Assembly: GCA_964613305.1 (NCBI GenBank)
Contig: CAZTII010000001.1
Span: 11,990-75,989 of the forward strand
DNA: 64,000 bases
From: an uncultured Erysipelotrichaceae bacterium
GTDB lineage: Bacteria; Bacillota_I; Bacilli_A; Erysipelotrichales; Erysipelotrichaceae
Direction: 5' to 3'
Numbering within the stretch: the stretch's first letter is position 1; every line of letters begins with the position of its first letter. Shown here piece by piece: positions 49,563 to 59,257 of this stretch. The notes under the pieces were generated by a model. That model did no database searches. It worked only from the letters and a program-made list of their open reading frames with translations, and was not told the DNA's origin. Both the position numbers and the translations under genes were made by a program.

Positions 49563-50744
49563 ATGATTAATAGAGTTAAAGAAGAAGCGTCAAAAATTGA
49601 ACAATACATTGTAGATATGCGTCGAGAGTTTCATCAACATCCTGAATTATCGTTTAAGGAGTTTGAAACGACAAAAAGAATTGCTAAACAATTGGATTTA
49701 ATGTCAATACCATATACTTTATGCAATCCAACGGGATTGTATGCTGATATTGTTGGTAGTAAACCAGGTAAGATGGTTGCTCTTAGAGCCGATATTGATG
49801 CTCTTCCAGTTTTAGAATTAAACGATGTATCGTATAAATCAGTGAATGAAGGATGTAGTCATGCTTGTGGTCATGACACGCACATTGCAATATTATTAGG
49901 TGCTGCAAAAATATTAAGTACAATGAAATCTGAATTATGTGGAACAGTTCGTCTATTGTTTCAGCCGGCAGAAGAATTAGGTGCTGGGGCTAAGATGATG
50001 ATTGAACAAGGTGCTCTTGAAGGAGTAAGTAACGTGTTTGGTGGTCATATATGGAGTATGGGCGATGCAGGTAAAATTTCGATTGAAGAAGGCGCTCGTT
50101 TTGCGGCATGTGATAGTTTCTTTATCACCTTTGAAGGATTAGCTGGACATGGTGCAGTACCTCAAGCAACAGTGGACGCAACAGTTATGGCTGCTTCTTT
50201 TGTGATGAATGTACAAACAATTGTTTCTCGTGCAATTGATCCTTTGCATAGTGCAGTTGTTACAATTGGGAAAATGGAAAGTGGAACCCGTTTTAATGTA
50301 ATTAGCGGTGAAGCGAAGTTAGATGGTACCGTTAGAACATTGGACGGCGCTGATCGTCGTAAAATTGAAGAAACATTGCGTCATTATGCTGATATGACTG
50401 CTAAGATGTACGGTGGTAAAGTGAAAGAATTTACCTTTAATCACTTAACGGATATCGTATACAATGAATCTAAATCAGCTAAAAGGGCTAGAACTCTAGT
50501 TGCTGAAGCATTTGGAGAAGATAGTCTATACGCTGAACCACCTACTACTGGTGGAGAAGATTTTGGTGCATTTAGTGACATTATTGATGGTGCATTTGCG
50601 ATATTTGGTGCAGGCAACAAAGAAAAAGATGCATGTTGGTCTCATCATCATGGTCGTTTTAACGTTGATGAAGATGTTTTAGTAAATGCTTCTCAATTGT
50701 ATGCTCTATACGCTTTAGATTATTTGGGTGAAAACAATGATTAA
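49563..50744 (+). CDS. M20-family amidohydrolase (N-acyl-L-amino acid amidohydrolase / hippurate hydrolase type)
   Basis: HQHPELSFKEFETT, ALRADIDALPV, HACGHDTH, LLFQPAEE, GGEDF. Confidence 0.85.
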   Translation: MINRVKEEASKIEQYIVDMRREFHQHPELSFKEFETTKRIAKQLDLMSIPYTLCNPTGLYADIVGSKPGKMVALRADIDALPVLELNDVSYKSVNEGCSHACGHDTHIAILLGAAKILSTMKSELCGTVRLLFQPAEELGAGAKMMIEQGALEGVSNVFGGHIWSMGDAGKISIEEGARFAACDSFFITFEGLAGHGAVPQATVDATVMAASFVMNVQTIVSRAIDPLHSAVVTIGKMESGTRFNVISGEAKLDGTVRTLDGADRRKIEETLRHYADMTAKMYGGKVKEFTFNHLTDIVYNESKSAKRARTLVAEAFGEDSLYAEPPTTGGEDFGAFSDIIDGAFAIFGAGNKEKDACWSHHHGRFNVDEDVLVNASQLYALYALDYLGENND

Positions 50745-51912
50745 TGAAAGAATTAAATTGCGTGTTAATGAACTTGAAGAACAATTGATAAAGCTTCGCC
50801 GTAAACTTCACATGTATCCGGAAATGGCAATGCAAGAAGTGATGACGACTAATATTATTGCGGAAGAACTTGACCGTTTAAACATACCATATATACGCAC
50901 TAATCCAACGGGAATCATTGCGACGATTACTTCTAAAAAACCTGGAAAAACAATCGCATTACGTGCTGATATTGATGCATTGCCAGTAACTGAACTTAAT
51001 GATGTTGATTATAAATCAGTTCATGAGGGGTATTGCCACGCTTGTGGTCATGATTGTCACGCTGCGACATTATTAATTGCGGCAGAAGTTTTAAATGAGT
51101 TAAAAGAGGAAATCAGTGGAACAATTCGTTTGATTTTTCAGCCAGCTGAAGAAATTGTTTCTGGTGCTAAAATGATGATTGCTCAAGGGGCAATGGATGG
51201 TGTTGATTATGTTTTTGGTACTCATGTATGGTCACAAATGCCTTCTGGCACAATTTCTTGTGAGCCAGGAGCTCGCTTTGCGGCTGGAGATCATTTTAAA
51301 TTAACATTTAATGGTAAGGCAGGACATGGAGCTTTGCCACATGAAACAGTTGATGCGACAATAATGGCATGTACGATGGTGATGAATGCTCAAACTATCG
51401 TTTCTCGTAGTATTGATCCGCTTCATTCAGCTGTTGTAACGATTGGTGAAGTTAAATCAGGAACACGTTTTAATGTTATTTCTGGAGAAGCAACATTATC
51501 TGGTACAGTTCGTACTTTTGATGAAAATGATCGACAATTAATTTATAAAAAGATTGGTGATATGGCAAATGATATCGCTACTATGTATGGTGGTAGTGTA
51601 GCTGAATACAATTATGTTTTTGGCTCAGACATTGTTATTAATGACGTTAAAGCTGCTAGTAACGTAAAACGATTGGTTTGTGATTTGTTTTCTGAAGAGG
51701 CTTATCATATTGAACCGCCTACATGCGGAGGAGAAGATTTTGGAGCGTACAGTAAACTTGTTCCAGGTACTTTTGCGATGATAGGGGTCGGTAATAAAGA
51801 AAAAGATTCATGTTGGTCTCATCATCATGGACGCTTTAATGTTGATGAGGAGGCGTTAAAAAACGCTTCTATCCTATATGCTGCAGTTGCGATAGATTAT
51901 TTGAATAATTAA
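50737..51912 (+). CDS. M20-family amidohydrolase, tandem paralog
   Basis: Alignable end to end with the preceding gene (HMYPEMAMQE, ALRADIDALPV, HACGHDCH, LIFQPAEE, GGEDF). The start is set at MINERIK by analogy with MINRVK of the paralog. Confidence 0.85.
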   Translation: MINERIKLRVNELEEQLIKLRRKLHMYPEMAMQEVMTTNIIAEELDRLNIPYIRTNPTGIIATITSKKPGKTIALRADIDALPVTELNDVDYKSVHEGYCHACGHDCHAATLLIAAEVLNELKEEISGTIRLIFQPAEEIVSGAKMMIAQGAMDGVDYVFGTHVWSQMPSGTISCEPGARFAAGDHFKLTFNGKAGHGALPHETVDATIMACTMVMNAQTIVSRSIDPLHSAVVTIGEVKSGTRFNVISGEATLSGTVRTFDENDRQLIYKKIGDMANDIATMYGGSVAEYNYVFGSDIVINDVKAASNVKRLVCDLFSEEAYHIEPPTCGGEDFGAYSKLVPGTFAMIGVGNKEKDSCWSHHHGRFNVDEEALKNASILYAAVAIDYLNN

Positions 51913-51915
51913 CAT

Positions 51916-51939
51916 AAAACCCAGTTTAAACTGGGTTTT
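51916..51939 (+). terminator. Rho-independent terminator
   Basis: AAAACCCAG TTTAAA CTGGGTTTT. Confidence 0.75.
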
Positions 51940-51952
51940 ATGTTGTTTAAAT

Positions 51953-51988
51953 AAAAAAACTTTCGATATATTAGTATTTATCGAAAGT
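51953..51988 (-). terminator. Rho-independent terminator of the ATP-grasp/esterase pair
   Basis: Minus strand: ACTTTCGATA...TATCGAAAGT followed by T7. Confidence 0.7.
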
Positions 51989-52017
51989 TAGTGAATGTCA
52001 TGTAAGCATTATTGGTT

Positions 52018-52770
52018 TTATAAAATATGCTTTAAATAGTAAGGTAATTGAACTCTCCACCAAGGCCAATCATGGTCTACATCGTATCCCCAATAATCAA
52101 ACCAAGCAGGAATTTTTTTATAATTCAATAAGTTTTCCATTTGATGAGTATCTTCAATCATTGGTTCTTCCCAAGCACCTTGACCTACACAAAATACAAT
52201 TTTCTTTTGTCGATATTGTTCAAGGTATGGATGATCCCAAGGCATTTCATTTAAATATCTAAATACTGAATTGTTGTAAATAAGATCATCACTATAATCT
52301 TGGAATGCAAATTTTGTGTTGTATAAACCACTTAGGGCAATCATTCCATCAAATAAATCTGGACGTCTAAAGAAAATATTACAAGTATGAGTTGCCCCCA
52401 TACTACATCCGGTAATGAATGTGCCACGATATTGTTGGTTGTTACTACTGTAGTTGTGATGTTTAATTTGAGGCATGATTTCTTTTGTTACATAGTTGAA
52501 CCACGCTTCATGTGCTTCAATACGTTCTCTATTTGGTCTTGATGTATTGGACCAACTTTCTTTATCAATCGTATCGATGCAGTAAAATTGAATTCTACCT
52601 TCATCGATTAATGATTGACATGCTTCTACCATTTTAAAATTTTCAAAATCGTAAAATCTTCCATCTTGTGCTGGAATAACTAAGCATGCAGCCCCACTAT
52701 GGCCAAATACTTTCATCTCCATGTCACGATTTAAATAATAACTATATTCTTTAAAGTATTCTATTTTCAT
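52018..52770 (-). CDS. Esterase-family alpha/beta hydrolase (PF00756-like putative esterase)
   Basis: Nucleophile elbow GCSMGATH, with conserved FGHSG and IDT.DKESW blocks. ATG 52770 overlaps the ATP-grasp stop by 1 nt (TAATG). The track start TTG 52782 is an alternative. Confidence 0.7.
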   Translation of the reverse strand: MKIEYFKEYSYYLNRDMEMKVFGHSGAACLVIPAQDGRFYDFENFKMVEACQSLIDEGRIQFYCIDTIDKESWSNTSRPNRERIEAHEAWFNYVTKEIMPQIKHHNYSSNNQQYRGTFITGCSMGATHTCNIFFRRPDLFDGMIALSGLYNTKFAFQDYSDDLIYNNSVFRYLNEMPWDHPYLEQYRQKKIVFCVGQGAWEEPMIEDTHQMENLLNYKKIPAWFDYWGYDVDHDWPWWRVQLPYYLKHIL

Positions 52771-53954
52771 TATTCTAAGCAAGTCCTAATAAACTCTTGC
52801 GCCTCCATTTCGTTGTTAAAGCGAGCCATAATCATTTGATTTCCCATTGCTTCAGCGAATATTTCCGGCATTCTTTCTACCATACAAATATTATGTCGAT
52901 ATCGTCCGATAACTTCCTCGTCTGATAAACGATGCGGTACACCATCACGTCTAGCAACATACACACAGACATATGGTCGATGAGTAGGATCAAAATTTCC
53001 TTTGTTATAAGTAATCATATCAGCCCATATTTGATAAACACTAATGTTATTGGCGAAGTTCATCATATCAGGAGTGTAACCTCCTGGAGGTCTCATATTC
53101 ACTTCTAAGCCAATAATATCACCTTTTTTACCTAACCCTTTTTTAGCTTCTAATAATCTAAAATATTCACAATGGAAAAATCTACTTTTTACATTAAAGG
53201 CTTTAATAACATTTCTTCCTATTGTTTTAACATCTTCAGGAATATCTTTTACAGAATAGTAATATACTTCTTTCTTTTCATTGACGATGTCCATGATTGA
53301 ATCAGGGAAAATATGGTGTGTTTCAAAGACAATATTACCTTCATTGTCACAAATTCCATCATAGGAAATAATCGTTCCATTAATGTATTCTTCCATGATG
53401 TATTGAACAGTTGGATAAAAGTAGAAAAATTGATTTAAATCATCTTCATTGCTTAAACGATATGTAGCACTTGCACCAACACCATTGTCAGGTTTCACAA
53501 TAACTGGATAACCTACTTCATCAATAAAGTCTTTTGCGGCTTCAATGGTAGAAACTAGGTGATAACGAGCTGTCTTTACGTTTGCTTTTTCATAAAATTC
53601 TTTCATTTTTGATTTAAATTTAATATTACTAATTTCATCATTTTTCATGCCAGTTGTAATATTAAAGTCTGTTCTTAATTGAGCGTCTTGAATTAACCAA
53701 TATTCATTGTTAGATTCTAACCAATCAATTTTACCGTATTTGGCAGAGAACGTTGCGACTGCTTTAAACACTTGTTGATAATCTTCTAAGCTTGATACTT
53801 GATAATAATCAACAAGAGAGTTTCGACAGTTATCACTAAGGGCGTAATAGTTATCTTCACCGATACCTAAAGTAGTAACACCATTGTTTTTTAATGCTTG
53901 GCAAAACAAATAATATTGTTTTGGGAAGTTTGGTGAAATAAAGACAAAGTTCAT
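52770..53954 (-). CDS. ATP-grasp domain protein (carboxylate-amine ligase type) of unknown substrate
   Basis: GYPVIVKPDNGVGASATYRL, IMEEYINGTIISYDG, GLEVNMRPPGG, which together form the ATP-grasp core. Confidence 0.7.
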   Translation of the reverse strand: MNFVFISPNFPKQYYLFCQALKNNGVTTLGIGEDNYYALSDNCRNSLVDYYQVSSLEDYQQVFKAVATFSAKYGKIDWLESNNEYWLIQDAQLRTDFNITTGMKNDEISNIKFKSKMKEFYEKANVKTARYHLVSTIEAAKDFIDEVGYPVIVKPDNGVGASATYRLSNEDDLNQFFYFYPTVQYIMEEYINGTIISYDGICDNEGNIVFETHHIFPDSIMDIVNEKKEVYYYSVKDIPEDVKTIGRNVIKAFNVKSRFFHCEYFRLLEAKKGLGKKGDIIGLEVNMRPPGGYTPDMMNFANNISVYQIWADMITYNKGNFDPTHRPYVCVYVARRDGVPHRLSDEEVIGRYRHNICMVERMPEIFAEAMGNQMIMARFNNEMEAQEFIRTCLE

Positions 53955-54067
53955 ATAAATACCTCTCTGATTTTACGTTATTTTACCATAACTTCACAAA
54001 AAATCCTATATATTGATTGTAATTACATTAATTATTTTGTAAACTAAAAAAATACGAGGAGAGTACA

Positions 54068-54349
54068 ATGAAAAATTTAGATGAATTAAGGGTAATGATT
54101 GATGATATTGATACTAAAATGGTTGAGTTGTTTGAAGCGCGCATGATGGTTTCTAAAGAAATAGCGAACTATAAATTTCAACATGGGTTAGATATTTTAG
54201 ATGCGAGTAGAGAACAATTGGTAATTGATAAAAATATTAAAAAAGTTAAAAATGATGAGTTTATTGATGTATATCGTGACTATTTGATTATGTTAATGAA
54301 ATTATCGCGTCAAATTCAAGCAAAAGAACTTGAAAAAAAGTCATCTTAA
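54068..54349 (+). CDS. Chorismate mutase (AroQ class, monofunctional)
   Basis: 93 aa. LDELRVMIDDIDTKMVELFEARMMVSKEIANYK is the typical AroQ helix 1. Confidence 0.82.
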   Translation: MKNLDELRVMIDDIDTKMVELFEARMMVSKEIANYKFQHGLDILDASREQLVIDKNIKKVKNDEFIDVYRDYLIMLMKLSRQIQAKELEKKSS

Positions 54350-54364
54350 TGTAAGGTGAAACTG

Positions 54365-54392
54365 TTGCAAAATCACATGATGGTGGTATAAT
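54365..54392 (+). promoter_or_regulatory. Sigma-A promoter with extended -10 for the MacAB-like operon
   Basis: TTGCAA (54365-54370), 16-nt spacer ending in TGG, then TATAAT (54387-54392). Confidence 0.65.
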
Positions 54393-54432
54393 GGTTTTGT
54401 ATTAATTGTTTAATACAAGAAAGGGTAACTAA

Positions 54433-55356
54433 ATGAAGAAAAAAATAATTATAGGTGTCGTTATTTTAGCGATTGTTGGTGTAGGATACGGATATTTTAA
54501 AAGTAAAGCGGTAAAACCTGAAACTCCTGATAACGGACAGGCCAGCACTAGTGAAATTAAAATGGGTCATCAAGGAATGCCAGATGATCCAGTTCAAACA
54601 GATTTAGTCGTTACCGATAAAGGAATTGTGTATTCTGGAAAAGTAGTTCCAAGCCAGATTTATTATTATTCAAAAGATCCAAGTCGTGAGTTTAATGAAG
54701 TATATGTTAAAGAAGGGGACATTGTTGAAGAGAAAACAACGTTGTTTGATTATAAAGTAGATCCGACTATTGACGCACAAATTAAGGTTTCGGAAAAGAG
54801 TTTTACTAATTTACAACAACAATTATATGATTATTATACGCGTATTGATAACTTTAAGAAGGATTTGGCTGGTGCAAATCAGGATGATAAAGTGTATATT
54901 AATTATTTAAATGTTGAAATTAATAATACTGAAGGGTTAATTGCGCAAAATAAACTTGAATGGTTAAGTACGGAAGAAAAGATTAGAAAGTTGACAAAGC
55001 AAAAGACAGAAAATGGTGTGAAGTCTGATATTGGTGGGCTAGTATATAAAATAAATGAAAGTACAGCGATTGATCCATCGAACAAAACAGGTGCAGCGTA
55101 TATTGTGTTGTATGCTCAACAGAAAAAAGTTCGCATTAGCGTGTCAGAATTTGAATATCAACTTGTAAAACCTGGTCAAAAAGTAACTGTGAAGAGTGAT
55201 AGTTTAAAGAAAGAGTTTGATTGTGAGATTTTAACTGTTGACACGATGCCAAATAATTTAGAATCAGATGATACTTCTTATTACCATGTTGATATTGCCA
55301 TTCCTGATGAAATTCCTTATGGATATAGTGTTGTTGTAACGGTAGCGAAGCAATGA
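54433..55356 (+). CDS. HlyD/MacA-like membrane-fusion (periplasmic adaptor) protein
   Basis: N-terminal TM anchor, coiled-coil middle, and beta-barrel C-terminus. Followed by MacB-type ATPase and FtsX permease genes with 4-nt overlaps. Confidence 0.75.
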   Translation: MKKKIIIGVVILAIVGVGYGYFKSKAVKPETPDNGQASTSEIKMGHQGMPDDPVQTDLVVTDKGIVYSGKVVPSQIYYYSKDPSREFNEVYVKEGDIVEEKTTLFDYKVDPTIDAQIKVSEKSFTNLQQQLYDYYTRIDNFKKDLAGANQDDKVYINYLNVEINNTEGLIAQNKLEWLSTEEKIRKLTKQKTENGVKSDIGGLVYKINESTAIDPSNKTGAAYIVLYAQQKKVRISVSEFEYQLVKPGQKVTVKSDSLKKEFDCEILTVDTMPNNLESDDTSYYHVDIAIPDEIPYGYSVVVTVAKQ

Positions 55357-56042
55357 GTACCAAAGTAATTGAATGCGTTGATATTCGGAAAATATACAAT
55401 CCTGGGGAGAATGAAGTTCATGCCTTAGCTGGAGTTTCATTTTCCATTGAAAAGGGCGAATATGTATCTATTATGGGAACAAGTGGTAGTGGTAAAAGTA
55501 CACTTTTAAATATTTTAGGATTGTTGGATAATCCAACAAGTGGAAAGTATTATTTAAATGGAAAAGATGTAACAACTGTATCTGAGCAAGAATTGACATC
55601 ATTACGATTAAATACGTTTGGATTTATTTTTCAATCATTTAATTTATTAAATAATATTACTTGTCAAAAAAATGTTGAATTACCGATGTTATATGCTGGA
55701 GTTAGTAGTAATGAGCGAAAAGAGCGTGCTAAAGAAATGATGGGAAAAATGCTGATTGGTAATCAATCACATAAGAAACCGATGACTTTATCTGGTGGAC
55801 AACGTCAACGTGTAGCGATAGCACGAGCACTAGTCAATAATCCTGATGTTATTTTTGCGGATGAGCCAACCGGTGCTTTGGATTCAATGACAACTAAGAG
55901 CATTTTAGCATTGTTAAATGAATTAAATGAACAAGGAAATACAATTGTTATAGTTACTCATGATCCTAACGTTGCTCTATCAGCTAAACGTACCATTAAG
56001 ATTAAAGATGGATTAATTGAAAGTGATGTGATGAATCGATGA
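55353..56042 (+). CDS. MacB/LolD-type ABC ATP-binding protein
   Basis: GTSGSGKST, LSGGQRQRVAIARAL, IFADEPTGALD. Confidence 0.88.
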   Translation: MSTKVIECVDIRKIYNPGENEVHALAGVSFSIEKGEYVSIMGTSGSGKSTLLNILGLLDNPTSGKYYLNGKDVTTVSEQELTSLRLNTFGFIFQSFNLLNNITCQKNVELPMLYAGVSSNERKERAKEMMGKMLIGNQSHKKPMTLSGGQRQRVAIARALVNNPDVIFADEPTGALDSMTTKSILALLNELNEQGNTIVIVTHDPNVALSAKRTIKIKDGLIESDVMNR

Positions 56043-57265
56043 TACTAGAATATATTAAGTTATCACTAAATGAACTTTTTAACAACAAACTACGATCATT
56101 TCTCTCACTGATTGGTATCGTTATTGGTGTTGCGGTAGTATTTATTATTTTTTCTATCAGTGATATTGCAAATGTGGCGATTACAAATCAGATTACTGGT
56201 AATAATGGAGCAATAAACATTAATTATGTAAAAGATAGAAAAAATGCAGAAGAAATTTTAAGTCAATCGTTTGGATCCAATTTTGGAATGTCTAGTTCAA
56301 AAACATTTTATTATAGCTTAGCGGATTTGGATGTACTAAGGAAGGTCGAGGGTGTTAGTGATGCTATGGCCAATTATACAGCACAGGCCCAAGGCGTACT
56401 TGACCGTAAGAAATTTTCCGTTACCGTTAAAAAAAATACTGACAATTTTATTGATTTCTTTGGTCATAAAGTGTTAAATGGAAAATTATTTTCTGAATAT
56501 AACAGCAAAGAAAGAGTTAACTTAGCAATTGTATCAGAAAAGTTTGTTGAAAATACTTTAAAAATTAAAAATGAAGAAGCAATTGGTAAAACAATTAACA
56601 TTAAAAATAGAGTATTTACTATTGTAGGTGTTATTGATTCGCCAATGAAAGCAAATGCAAGTTTTGTATTATTACCAACAGAAGCATATGAATTGATGTT
56701 TAGTGATTCAACAATTGGTTTTTTATCGGTTAAAATAGCACCAGGATCTGATTTAAAAAAGACATCAACGAATGCTGTTATTGAGTTAAATAAAGCACAT
56801 AATTATATCGATACTAAAAATGGTTATGTGTTAGAAGATTTAAGTTTTATCACCAATCAAATTAAACAGATGACTGGAATACTATCGATTGTTATGGGTA
56901 TTATTGCCTCTATTTCACTTCTTGTAGCTGGTATTGGTGTAATGAATATTATGCTTGTAAGTGTTGTGGAAAGAACAAAAGAGATAGGTGTAAAACGAGC
57001 GATAGGAGCTAGTAAGGGAGCTATTCAATTTCAGTTTATGATTGAATCGTGTTTATTAACACTGTTGGGCGGTGTATTTGGCGTAGTCATCGGTATGGGT
57101 GTTATTCAGTTAGCATTAATCTTATTAAAGATGCAGTTACCAATCAATATAGGATATGTAGTATTTTCGTTAGTATTCTCTTTATCTCTTGGATTATTAT
57201 TTGGCTATTTACCATCCAAACGAGCAGCAAATTTAAATATTATCGAAGCAATACAAAGTGAATAA
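56039..57265 (+). CDS. FtsX/MacB-type ABC permease
   Basis: TM1, a large extracytoplasmic domain, then three C-terminal TM helices with VERTKEIGVKRAIGASK. Confidence 0.85.
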   Translation: MILEYIKLSLNELFNNKLRSFLSLIGIVIGVAVVFIIFSISDIANVAITNQITGNNGAININYVKDRKNAEEILSQSFGSNFGMSSSKTFYYSLADLDVLRKVEGVSDAMANYTAQAQGVLDRKKFSVTVKKNTDNFIDFFGHKVLNGKLFSEYNSKERVNLAIVSEKFVENTLKIKNEEAIGKTINIKNRVFTIVGVIDSPMKANASFVLLPTEAYELMFSDSTIGFLSVKIAPGSDLKKTSTNAVIELNKAHNYIDTKNGYVLEDLSFITNQIKQMTGILSIVMGIIASISLLVAGIGVMNIMLVSVVERTKEIGVKRAIGASKGAIQFQFMIESCLLTLLGGVFGVVIGMGVIQLALILLKMQLPINIGYVVFSLVFSLSLGLLFGYLPSKRAANLNIIEAIQSE

Positions 57266-57267
57266 TT

Positions 57268-57298
57268 AAAAAAAGGATGCGAAATTTTGCATCCTTTC
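57268..57298. terminator. Bidirectional terminator
   Basis: AAAGGATGC GAAATTTT GCATCCTTT flanked by A and T runs, between convergent genes. Confidence 0.75.
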
Positions 57299-57818
57299 AA
57301 TTTAGAGCAAGTGTACCTATCGTATCGGGAGTAGTACTTGATTTAAATGATAAAACTGTAACTTTACTTTCAAGTACGTTATACGTATAGCCTTTACCAA
57401 CTTTACAGCTATTGTTATCATTAACCCCGTTATCGCATAATGTGATAGTGTAATCTGAAAGTCCTCCTTGAGCATTTGTTACATAATTTATAATGACGTT
57501 ATTTAATAAATCACCTATTTTATAATCCATCGTTTTATCAATGGTATTAAATTCTTTTATAAATTTGTCAGATTCTCCACTATCTAAGGAAGCTTGTGCA
57601 CTACTATATAGTAAATTTATGTTATCACCAACCATATCAAGTTTATCGAGGGTAATATCTGTAACCATTCTGATTTGTTTAAGATTTCTAAGAGCTACAG
57701 TTTCTTTCGCTTTAGCGGTGTAGCCAATAATACTTGGAACTATGATTAGGGCTAGCACAGCTAAAATAGAAATGACGATGATTAATTCTACTAAGGTAAA
57801 TCCTAATTTTTTTCTCAT
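57297..57818 (-). CDS. Type IV pilin / ComGC-like pseudopilin (prepilin N-terminal methylation domain)
   Basis: MRKKLG|FTLVELIIVISILAVLALIIVPS is a class III signal peptide with the E+5 residue. A C-terminal Cys pair (LCDNGVNDNNSC) resembles the pilin D-region. Confidence 0.82.
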   Translation of the reverse strand: MRKKLGFTLVELIIVISILAVLALIIVPSIIGYTAKAKETVALRNLKQIRMVTDITLDKLDMVGDNINLLYSSAQASLDSGESDKFIKEFNTIDKTMDYKIGDLLNNVIINYVTNAQGGLSDYTITLCDNGVNDNNSCKVGKGYTYNVLESKVTVLSFKSSTTPDTIGTLALN

Positions 57819-57838
57819 AGTTTCCTCCGTATTTGCAC

Positions 57839-59212
57839 CTATATGTGCAATAAGAAATGAGCAATATTGAAGTAGACGATAAGGGAAATAGCATCTACAA
57901 TTGTTGTGATAAATGGTGCTGACATTACTGCAGGGTCAAAACCAATTTTCTTAGAGATAAGTGGTAAAGTACCTCCTACAAGTTTTGCAACGATGACAGT
58001 AATTAACAATGTTAAGTTTACAGTTAATGAAACGATAAGCGATACTTTATCAAAGAAGAGTAATTTGAAGAAGTTGGCAATAGCAAGCGTAATACCGCAT
58101 ACAATGGCAACTTGGAATTCTTTGAAAATAACTTTAAAGATATCACTATATTCAATCTCTCCTAATGATAACCCACGAATTAGTGTAACAGAGGCTTGTG
58201 AGCCACTATTTCCACCAGTATCCATCAACATTGGAATATAAGCTACAAGCACTACTTGCGTTGCGAGAGCATTTTCAAATTTAGATATAATTAAACCAGT
58301 AAAGGTAGCTGAAACCATTAAAAATAGTAACCATGGAATTCTGGCTTTCCAAATTTCAAAAACATTCATTTTAAGATATTCTTTGTCACTTGAAATAACA
58401 GCTCCCATTTTTTCAATGTCTTCAGCGTGTTCTTCTTTTATGACTTCAATAGCGTCATCTACAGTGATGATACCGACTAGGCGACTTTCTAAATCGACTA
58501 CTGGTAGTGCCATAAAACCGTATTTACTAAATACTTCTGCGACTATTTCTTGATCATCGGTAGTTTGGACAGAGATAACATTCTCTTCCATGATATCTTC
58601 TATTTTATCCTTATAATCAGCTAATAACAAGTCCTTGACAGAACAAAGACCAATTAATTTTCTTTTTTCATCGATAACATAACAAGTATATACGGTTTCT
58701 TTGTGTAGTCCAATGCGTCTAATTCGTTTAAAGGCATCCTCAACTGTCATATTCTTTTTGAAATCAATATATTCAATTGTCATAATGCTTCCAGCACTGT
58801 TCTCAGGGTAATTTAAGAGCTGATTAATAATAACTCTTGTTTCAGCACTGACATTTTTAAGAATGCGTTTTACGACGAATGCTGGCATTTCTTCAATGAT
58901 ATCAACAGTGTCATCTAAATATAAATCATTGATAACATCACGTAACTCAGTATCGTTAAAACCATTAATTAAACTCTCTTGCATTTCAAAACTCATTTCA
59001 ACAAAGGTATCTGATGCCATATCTTTAGGAAGGATTCTAAACAGAAACATCAATTCTTCGTGATTAATAGATTTATTATCCCATAATTCTTCAAATGCTT
59101 CAGCGATATCTGTCGCATTTTTATTTGCTAAACAATCATGTAATTCTTTTCTTTTTTTATTTTTTAAATAGGTACATATTAACTCTTCAAGTTGATGTAG
59201 TTCTTCAGCCAT
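57839..59212 (-). CDS. mgtE: Magnesium transporter MgtE
   Basis: N-domain, tandem CBS domains, and a C-terminal 5-TM domain with PMLMDTGGNSGSQ. ATG 59212 behind GGAGGTTAACC. Confidence 0.9.
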   Translation of the reverse strand: MAEELHQLEELICTYLKNKKRKELHDCLANKNATDIAEAFEELWDNKSINHEELMFLFRILPKDMASDTFVEMSFEMQESLINGFNDTELRDVINDLYLDDTVDIIEEMPAFVVKRILKNVSAETRVIINQLLNYPENSAGSIMTIEYIDFKKNMTVEDAFKRIRRIGLHKETVYTCYVIDEKRKLIGLCSVKDLLLADYKDKIEDIMEENVISVQTTDDQEIVAEVFSKYGFMALPVVDLESRLVGIITVDDAIEVIKEEHAEDIEKMGAVISSDKEYLKMNVFEIWKARIPWLLFLMVSATFTGLIISKFENALATQVVLVAYIPMLMDTGGNSGSQASVTLIRGLSLGEIEYSDIFKVIFKEFQVAIVCGITLAIANFFKLLFFDKVSLIVSLTVNLTLLITVIVAKLVGGTLPLISKKIGFDPAVMSAPFITTIVDAISLIVYFNIAHFLLHI

Positions 59213-59248
59213 GGTTAACCTCCTATAATGTGAATTCCTCACTTTTAA

Positions 59249-59257
59249 ATTATACCA
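59249..59257 (-). promoter_or_regulatory. Extended -10 promoter element of mgtE
   Basis: Minus strand TGGTATAAT, about 36 nt upstream of the mgtE ATG. There is no good -35. Confidence 0.45.
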
